From assembly GCA_963842085.1 (NCBI GenBank), contig CAWJET010000001.1:3040001-3104000 (forward strand): a stretch of DNA of 64,000 nucleotides. The letters are read 5' to 3'. Of this stretch, positions 58,045-64,000 are shown in pieces. Each line of letters opens with the position of its first letter. The first letter of the stretch is position 1. The translations under genes were made by a program, and so were the position numbers. The notes beneath the pieces are model-generated. The model was given only the letters and a program-made list of their open reading frames with translations, was not told the DNA's origin and ran no database searches. The stretch is from an uncultured delta proteobacterium. Lineage in GTDB: Bacteria; Desulfobacterota; Binatia; Binatales; Binataceae.

Positions 58045-58746
58045 ATGGCATACATTCCGATATTTATCGACGTGACCGGCCGCGAATGTATCGTAGTCGG
58101 CGGCGGTGAGGTTGCCGCGCGCAAAGTCGAGTCGCTGATTGAGGCTGGTGCTCACGTAACCGTCGTCAGTCCGCGCGTATCGCCGTCGATTGAGGCAATC
58201 GTTGCCCGCGGGCTTGCGGTTCACATCGCCCGCGATTACCAGCCCGGTGATCTCCGCGGAAGCGTCCTGATGTACGCCGCGACTGATGATCCGAAACTCC
58301 ATCGTGAGCTTGCCGCCGAGGCGCGCGCGCTTGGAATCCCGATAAACGTCGTCGACGTGCCCGAGCTGTGCACGTTCATTGCGCCGGCGGCGATGAAACG
58401 CGGCGCGCTTCAGATCGCGATCTCGACCGCGGGTGCGTCGCCCGCATTTGCGGCCCGGCTGCGACGCGAGTTGGAGGACCAGTTCGGGACCGAGTACGCG
58501 CTCACGCTCGAAGTGCTGCGCGCCGCGCGCCGACGGCTGCACGCCGACCAAATCGATCCAGCCGAGCGTATGCGGCGGTTAAGAGATCTCGCCAACTCAA
58601 CCCTGCCCAACGCGATTGCGGCTGGCGATCTGGCCGCGATCGAGCGGATACTTGCCATTCATCTTGGTGACGGGGTTGGCTTGGCGCAGCTTGGAATCGA
58701 CCCGGCCGCGCTTGGCTTCACGCGGGCAATGGAAATTCCGGACTGA
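58045..58746 (+). CDS. cysG: Precorrin-2 dehydrogenase / sirohydrochlorin ferrochelatase (CysG-N/Met8-like)
   Basis: VVGGGEVAARK, AATDD, NVVD.PELC.F..PA and AISTAGASP. Confidence 0.9.
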   Translation: MAYIPIFIDVTGRECIVVGGGEVAARKVESLIEAGAHVTVVSPRVSPSIEAIVARGLAVHIARDYQPGDLRGSVLMYAATDDPKLHRELAAEARALGIPINVVDVPELCTFIAPAAMKRGALQIAISTAGASPAFAARLRRELEDQFGTEYALTLEVLRAARRRLHADQIDPAERMRRLRDLANSTLPNAIAAGDLAAIERILAIHLGDGVGLAQLGIDPAALGFTRAMEIPD

Positions 58747-58757
58747 GCAGTTTGCCG

Positions 58758-59585
58758 ATGGACACCTTGTGGCTACTGCCTGCGCTTGCTTGTTACGCAC
58801 TCTCGGCCGCGCTGTTTGTGTTCGATCGTTCGTCGGGCCGCACGCGCGCGACCGGCTACGCGGTTGCGATCCTCGGCGCGGGTGCGATCTTTCATGCGCT
58901 TGACCTGACGGCGCGCGGTCTGCAGGCCGGCAATTTCCCGGTTGCCAATTTTGCGCAGGCGCTGTCGTTTCTTGCGTGGCTGACTGCCTTGGCGGGGTTG
59001 CTGATGATCGTGCGCCTCAGGCTGGCGGTGATTGGCGCGTTCGTGGCGCCGGCGGTGACTCTGGCTTTGGGCGCCGCTTCGCTCACGACCAGCAGCGGGC
59101 GCCTGGTCCTGCCGGAGACGCTGCGCAGCGTATGGCTGCCGATCCACGTCACGCTGGCGATCCTCGGCTACACGATGTTCGTGCTGGCGGCGAGCGTGAG
59201 TATCGTCTATCTCGCTTACGAGTCGCGCCTCAAATCCAAGCGCGCGCTCGGCCCCGGCAACCAGGACGCGCCGAGTCTGGAAAAGCTCGACCGAATCAAC
59301 TATCACCTGCTGGGATGGGGCTTCATGATGCTGAGCCTGGCGATCGTGAGCGGCGCGATTTGGGCCGACGCGACGTGGGGACATTTCTGGTCGTGGGATC
59401 CCAAGGAATCGTGGTCGCTGGTGATTTGGATACTGTACGCGGGTCTGCTCGAATCCCGCCTTACAATCGGATGGCGCGGGCGGCGCGCTGCGGCGCTCAC
59501 GATCGTGCTACTGGGAGTGTTGGTGGGTTCGTTCGTGGGCGTTAACCTGATTTTCCCGGGCAAGCACTCGGGCAGTTTCGGCTGA
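58758..59585 (+). CDS. ccsA: Cytochrome c biogenesis CcsA / HemX-like membrane protein
   Basis: WLPIHV, PSLEKLD and the WWD domain SGAIWADATWGHFWSWDPKE. Confidence 0.88.
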   Translation: MDTLWLLPALACYALSAALFVFDRSSGRTRATGYAVAILGAGAIFHALDLTARGLQAGNFPVANFAQALSFLAWLTALAGLLMIVRLRLAVIGAFVAPAVTLALGAASLTTSSGRLVLPETLRSVWLPIHVTLAILGYTMFVLAASVSIVYLAYESRLKSKRALGPGNQDAPSLEKLDRINYHLLGWGFMMLSLAIVSGAIWADATWGHFWSWDPKESWSLVIWILYAGLLESRLTIGWRGRRAAALTIVLLGVLVGSFVGVNLIFPGKHSGSFG

Positions 59586-59586
59586 A

Positions 59587-60912
59587 GTGGAACAGTCTTT
59601 ATTTATTGTCGGGATCAACCATCGCAGCGCGGCCGTCGCGTTGCGTGAGCGCCTGGCGTTTGCCGACGACGAGATCGTGGCTGCGTTGGACCGGCTGCGC
59701 GAATCGTCGCCCGCGGTCGCCGAGGCGGCGTTGATTTCGACCTGCAATCGTGTCGAGGTGGTGGGCGTCGCCGCCGACCCGGCGCGCGCCGCGGATCAGA
59801 CGCTGAAATTTCTGGCCGCGGATCGAAGCGTCGCGCGAGCCGAGTTCGCCGACGCGGTCTACAGCTTTGCCGGCCGCGACGCCGCGCGCCATCTGTTCCG
59901 CGTCGGCGCGAGTCTCGATTCGATGGTGGTCGGCGAGCCGCAGATATTGGGCCAGCTCAAGCTTGCCTACGCGCACGCATCCAAGGCGCGCAGCGTCGGC
60001 CTGATTTTGCATCGCGCGTTCCACAAGGCGTTCACTGTCGCCAAGCGCGTGCGCAAGGGTACGCTTATCGGTCATGGTTCGGCCTCCGTCAGCTCGGCGG
60101 CGGTCGCACTCGCGGGCCAGATTTTCGACACCCTGAAGGACAAGACCGTGATGCTGATGGGGGCGGGCAAGATGGCGGAGGCGACCGCCCGCCAGTTGAG
60201 CGCGCTCGGCATCGAGTCGATGCTGATAACCTCGCGCACTTTCGACCGCGCGGTCGCGCTGGCGCGGGAACTTGGCGGCACCGCGGTGCCGTACGACAAC
60301 TACAAGCCGTACCTCAAGATGGTGGACGTGCTGATCGGTTCGGTCGCGGCGGCCAAGCCCATTTTGGGGCCCGACGAATTCGAGTCAGTGGTGCGCGAGC
60401 GCCGCTACCGTCCGATGTTTCTGATCGACATGGGCGTGCCGCGCAATTTCGACGAGCGGCTGAACACGCTGGAAAACGTCTATTTGTACGATATCGACGA
60501 TCTGGGCGCGCTGGTGCAGCGCTCGCTTGGCGACCGCGAGCGCGAAGCCGAAAAGGCCGAACAGATCGTCGAGCTCGAACTCGAATCGTTCCTGAAATGG
60601 CTCGCGGGCCTCGATCTCACGCCCACCATCAAGGACATCCGCTACAGTGTCGAGCGGCTGCGCGACGACGAACTGGGGCGGGCCCGTGGATGGCTGGCGC
60701 AACTCGAGCCCGCCGCGCGCGAGCGAGTCGAATTGCTGACCCGCGGCCTGACCAACAAATTGCTTCATCGTATTTTGTCGGGGCTCAAGCAGCGCGACGA
60801 CAAAACGCTCGACGCCGCGTTTGCCGCCGAGGTCGCGCGGCGCCTGCTCGGCGCTGAATTCGACGACGACGACCTTGATGACGGCGACGACATCGACACC
60901 GATATCGAGTGA
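59587..60912 (+). CDS. hemA: Glutamyl-tRNA reductase
   Basis: GINHRSA...RE, STCNRVE, LDSMVVGEPQILGQ, GAGKMA and DMGVPRN. Confidence 0.96.
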   Translation: MEQSLFIVGINHRSAAVALRERLAFADDEIVAALDRLRESSPAVAEAALISTCNRVEVVGVAADPARAADQTLKFLAADRSVARAEFADAVYSFAGRDAARHLFRVGASLDSMVVGEPQILGQLKLAYAHASKARSVGLILHRAFHKAFTVAKRVRKGTLIGHGSASVSSAAVALAGQIFDTLKDKTVMLMGAGKMAEATARQLSALGIESMLITSRTFDRAVALARELGGTAVPYDNYKPYLKMVDVLIGSVAAAKPILGPDEFESVVRERRYRPMFLIDMGVPRNFDERLNTLENVYLYDIDDLGALVQRSLGDREREAEKAEQIVELELESFLKWLAGLDLTPTIKDIRYSVERLRDDELGRARGWLAQLEPAARERVELLTRGLTNKLLHRILSGLKQRDDKTLDAAFAAEVARRLLGAEFDDDDLDDGDDIDTDIE

Positions 60913-60933
60913 CCGCCGCCGCGCTGATTCCCG

Positions 60934-61881
60934 ATGGCGCTCAAAATCAGAATCGGTTCGCGGCCAAGCAAGCTGGCGCTGGCGCAGGCGTCGATCGTGC
61001 GCGAGCGGCTCGCGGCGCAAATTTCCGGCATTGAGATTGAAATCGTCGAGATCCGCACCAGCGGCGACAAGCTGACGTCGGCCTCGCTCGCTGACGTCGG
61101 CGGCAAGGGGCTATTCATAAAGGAGTTGGAGCAGGCGCTCGCCGAGCGCACGATCGACGTGGCGGTCCATTCGATGAAGGATCTTCCGGCCGTTCTCCCC
61201 GAGCAGTTTCGCGTGGCCGCGGTGCCGGGGCGCGAGAATACGGCGGATATCCTGGTGACGCGCGACGGCTCCGCGTTGTCGGCGATGCCGGCGGGCGCAC
61301 GGCTGGGCACGTCGTCGGCGCGCCGGCGCTTCCAGGCTCTGCGGATGAATCGCGGACTTGCGATCCAGCCGCTGCGCGGCAACGTCGACACTCGTTTGAA
61401 GCGCGTCGACGACGGCAGCCTGGACGCGATCATAATCGCGATGGCGGGGTTGAAGCGGCTCGGGCGCGCGCGCGATGTGAAGTTCGTCGAGCTTGATTCC
61501 GGCGATTTTATTCCGGCGGGCGGACAGGGCGCGCTTGCGCTCGAAACGCTTTCAGTTGCCGAGCGCGACGCAAGTGCGCTTGATCGCGCGCTCCTGGCGA
61601 TCAACGACGCGCCCGCATTCTATGAAACCGCGGCCGAGCGAGCGTTCCTCGCCGCAATTGACGCGTCATGCACGACGCCCGTCGGAGTGCGGGCGAGGAT
61701 CGCGGGCGACAGGCTCGCGCTGGCGGCAATGCTGTTCAGTCCCGATGGCGCGCGCGAGTTGTCGGAGACGATGGAAGAGCGATTGGCGTCCGATCTTGCG
61801 CCGTCCGCCGCGGAAAATTCCGGCAGGCGACTCGCGGAAAAAATGCTCGCGCGCGGCGCCGCCGCGATTCTTGGGCATTGA
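60934..61881 (+). CDS. hemC: Hydroxymethylbilane synthase
   Basis: IGSRPSKLALAQ, GGKGLFIKELE, VHSMKD, GTSS.RR, RGNVDTRL and SCTTP. Confidence 0.96.
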   Translation: MALKIRIGSRPSKLALAQASIVRERLAAQISGIEIEIVEIRTSGDKLTSASLADVGGKGLFIKELEQALAERTIDVAVHSMKDLPAVLPEQFRVAAVPGRENTADILVTRDGSALSAMPAGARLGTSSARRRFQALRMNRGLAIQPLRGNVDTRLKRVDDGSLDAIIIAMAGLKRLGRARDVKFVELDSGDFIPAGGQGALALETLSVAERDASALDRALLAINDAPAFYETAAERAFLAAIDASCTTPVGVRARIAGDRLALAAMLFSPDGARELSETMEERLASDLAPSAAENSGRRLAEKMLARGAAAILGH

Positions 61882-63461
61882 TGAGCCCGCGCGCGAGCAA
61901 ACTTAAACGCGGTCGAGTGTTCCTGGTCGGCGCGGGTCCCGGCGCCTCCGATCTGATCACGCTTCGCGGTGCTGACGTTTTGAGTCGCGCCGGCGTTGTT
62001 ATCTACGACCACCTGGTTAGTCCGGAACTGATCCGGCTGGCGCCGCCTGAAGCCGAGTTGATTTACGCCGGCAAAAGGGGCGGCTCGGGAAAGAGTATCG
62101 AGCAGTCCGAGTTGAACGCGATGCTGATCCAGCACGCGCGCAAGGGACGCGTGGTCGTGCGGCTCAAGGGCGGCGACCCGTTTATCTTCGGGCGCGGTGG
62201 CGAAGAGGCCGAGGCGCTGGCGCGCGCGCGGGTCGAGTTCGAGGTGGTGCCTGGCGTCACCTCGGCGATCGCGGGTCCGGCTTACGCGGGCATTCCGCTG
62301 ACGCATCGCGAGCACGGCTCGTTCGTTGCGTTCGTCACCGGCCATGAGGACGAAAGCAAGGGCGCGCGCTCGTCGGTGCCGTGGGACGAACTGGTCGCGG
62401 CGGCGCGCAACCGCGGCACTATGGTGATCCTGATGGCGACGGCGCGGATGCGCGCCACGCTCGAGCGAATCCGCGCGGCCGGACTTCCTGCGCAAACTCC
62501 GGCGGTCGCCGTGCAATGGGCGACGACTGCGGCGCAGAAAACGGTTAGCGCAACGCTGGCGACGCTCGCCGACGAATCGGCGCGCGCAGGAATCGGCGCG
62601 CCTGCCGTAATCGTGGTTGGCGAATGCGCGGGCCTGCGCGAACAGCTCAAGTGGGTCGAGCGCTCGCCGCTGTTCGGGCGCACGATCGTGGTAACACGCT
62701 CGCGCGCGGCTGCGCCCGAGTTTGCGGCGGCCCTGCGAAGGCTCGGCGCGGAGGTGGTGGAATTCTCCACGATCGAAACCGCGCCGCCGCGAAGCTATGC
62801 GGTGTTGGACCGTGCGATCAAACGCATCAATTCCTTCGACTGGATAATTTTCACCAGTGCGATGGGAGTCGAGAGATTTATCGATCGGCTGAAGTCGCGC
62901 GGCAGCGATATTCGCGAGCTCGGGCGCGCGTCGCTCGCGGCGATCGGGCCGGCCACCGCGGCGCGCCTCGCCGACTATGCACTACGCGTCACCGCGGTTC
63001 CCGACGAATATCGCGCCGAGCAGATCGTTACCGCGATCGGGATCAAGCGGATTCGCGGCAAACGATTCCTGATTCCGCGCGCGGAAGTTGCCCGCGAGGC
63101 GCTGCCCGAAATTCTGCGCGCCAAGGGCGCCAAAGAAGTCGTGGTCGCGCCGGCGTATCGAACCGTCAAGCCCAAGGGCGCGCAGATCGATCGCATGCGT
63201 GAGCTGCTCGCGTCCGCGGCGATCGATCTGGTGACGTTTACCAGTTCGAGCACTGTCACAAATTTTTGCGAGCTGATTGGCACGTCAGGAAAAGGAGTCC
63301 GAGCGGCGGCGCTCGGGCCGATCACGGCGGCGACTGCGCGGGAGCGTGGATTCGAGGTGGTGGTGAGGCCGGCCAGGTATACGATCGAGGGGTTGACCGA
63401 GGCGATTGCCAACTACTACGGGTCAGCGAGCGAACAACTTAATCGGACAAGGAGAGGTTAG
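61881..63461 (+). CDS. cobA: Uroporphyrinogen-III C-methyltransferase / uroporphyrinogen-III synthase fusion (CobA-HemD)
   Basis: LVGAGPG, RLKGGDPFIFGRGGEE and GIPLTHR. The C-terminal HemD part has PLFGRTIVVTR, WIIFTS, AIGPATA and FTSSSTV. Confidence 0.94.
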   Translation: MSPRASKLKRGRVFLVGAGPGASDLITLRGADVLSRAGVVIYDHLVSPELIRLAPPEAELIYAGKRGGSGKSIEQSELNAMLIQHARKGRVVVRLKGGDPFIFGRGGEEAEALARARVEFEVVPGVTSAIAGPAYAGIPLTHREHGSFVAFVTGHEDESKGARSSVPWDELVAAARNRGTMVILMATARMRATLERIRAAGLPAQTPAVAVQWATTAAQKTVSATLATLADESARAGIGAPAVIVVGECAGLREQLKWVERSPLFGRTIVVTRSRAAAPEFAAALRRLGAEVVEFSTIETAPPRSYAVLDRAIKRINSFDWIIFTSAMGVERFIDRLKSRGSDIRELGRASLAAIGPATAARLADYALRVTAVPDEYRAEQIVTAIGIKRIRGKRFLIPRAEVAREALPEILRAKGAKEVVVAPAYRTVKPKGAQIDRMRELLASAAIDLVTFTSSSTVTNFCELIGTSGKGVRAAALGPITAATARERGFEVVVRPARYTIEGLTEAIANYYGSASEQLNRTRRG

Positions 63462-63497
63462 GGTCATCTCGCGACAAGGAGCGGCCGGGGTTCGTGC

Positions 63498-64000
<503 letters not shown>

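Overview
High-GC bacterial window. The Deltaproteobacteria-like hem cluster together with a divergent copper membrane monooxygenase (CuMMO) suggests Ca. Binatota or a relative, which is an inference. From left to right: (1) 1-4166 is the probable right end of a genomic island, with small accessory genes, a scrambled IS21 remnant and a 3' tRNA-Asn fragment as att site. (2) 4.2-13 kb is a Mo-hydroxylase operon resembling the furoyl-CoA pathway (hmfE/hmfA-like), with a second large subunit and a family III CoA-transferase. (3) 13-16.6 kb holds small periplasmic redox/metal and lipid genes: a Tat 3-Cys HiPIP-like protein, a CarF/TMEM189 desaturase, a SAM methyltransferase, a bufferin-like precursor and a cytochrome c. 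(4) 16.8-37.1 kb is the main finding. A LysR and isoGHI-like glutathione-dependent epoxide module lies next to a sigma54 activator, an aldehyde dehydrogenase, a DcmR-like HTH-MEDS regulator, an outer-membrane barrel, a CuMMO operon (pmoCAB-like plus pmoD and SCO), an alcohol dehydrogenase and a coxSLMG-type Mo oxidoreductase. This is a candidate alkene/isoprene (or short hydrocarbon) degradation system in which a CuMMO takes the place of the soluble di-iron monooxygenase. (5) 37-47.7 kb has miscellaneous genes, MacAB and two more sigma54 activators. (6) 47.9-58 kb is a Tad/Flp pilus locus with a recent tandem flp duplication. (7) 58-64 kb is siroheme/heme biosynthesis. Family assignments come from motif recognition and recalled reference sequences; no database search was run.
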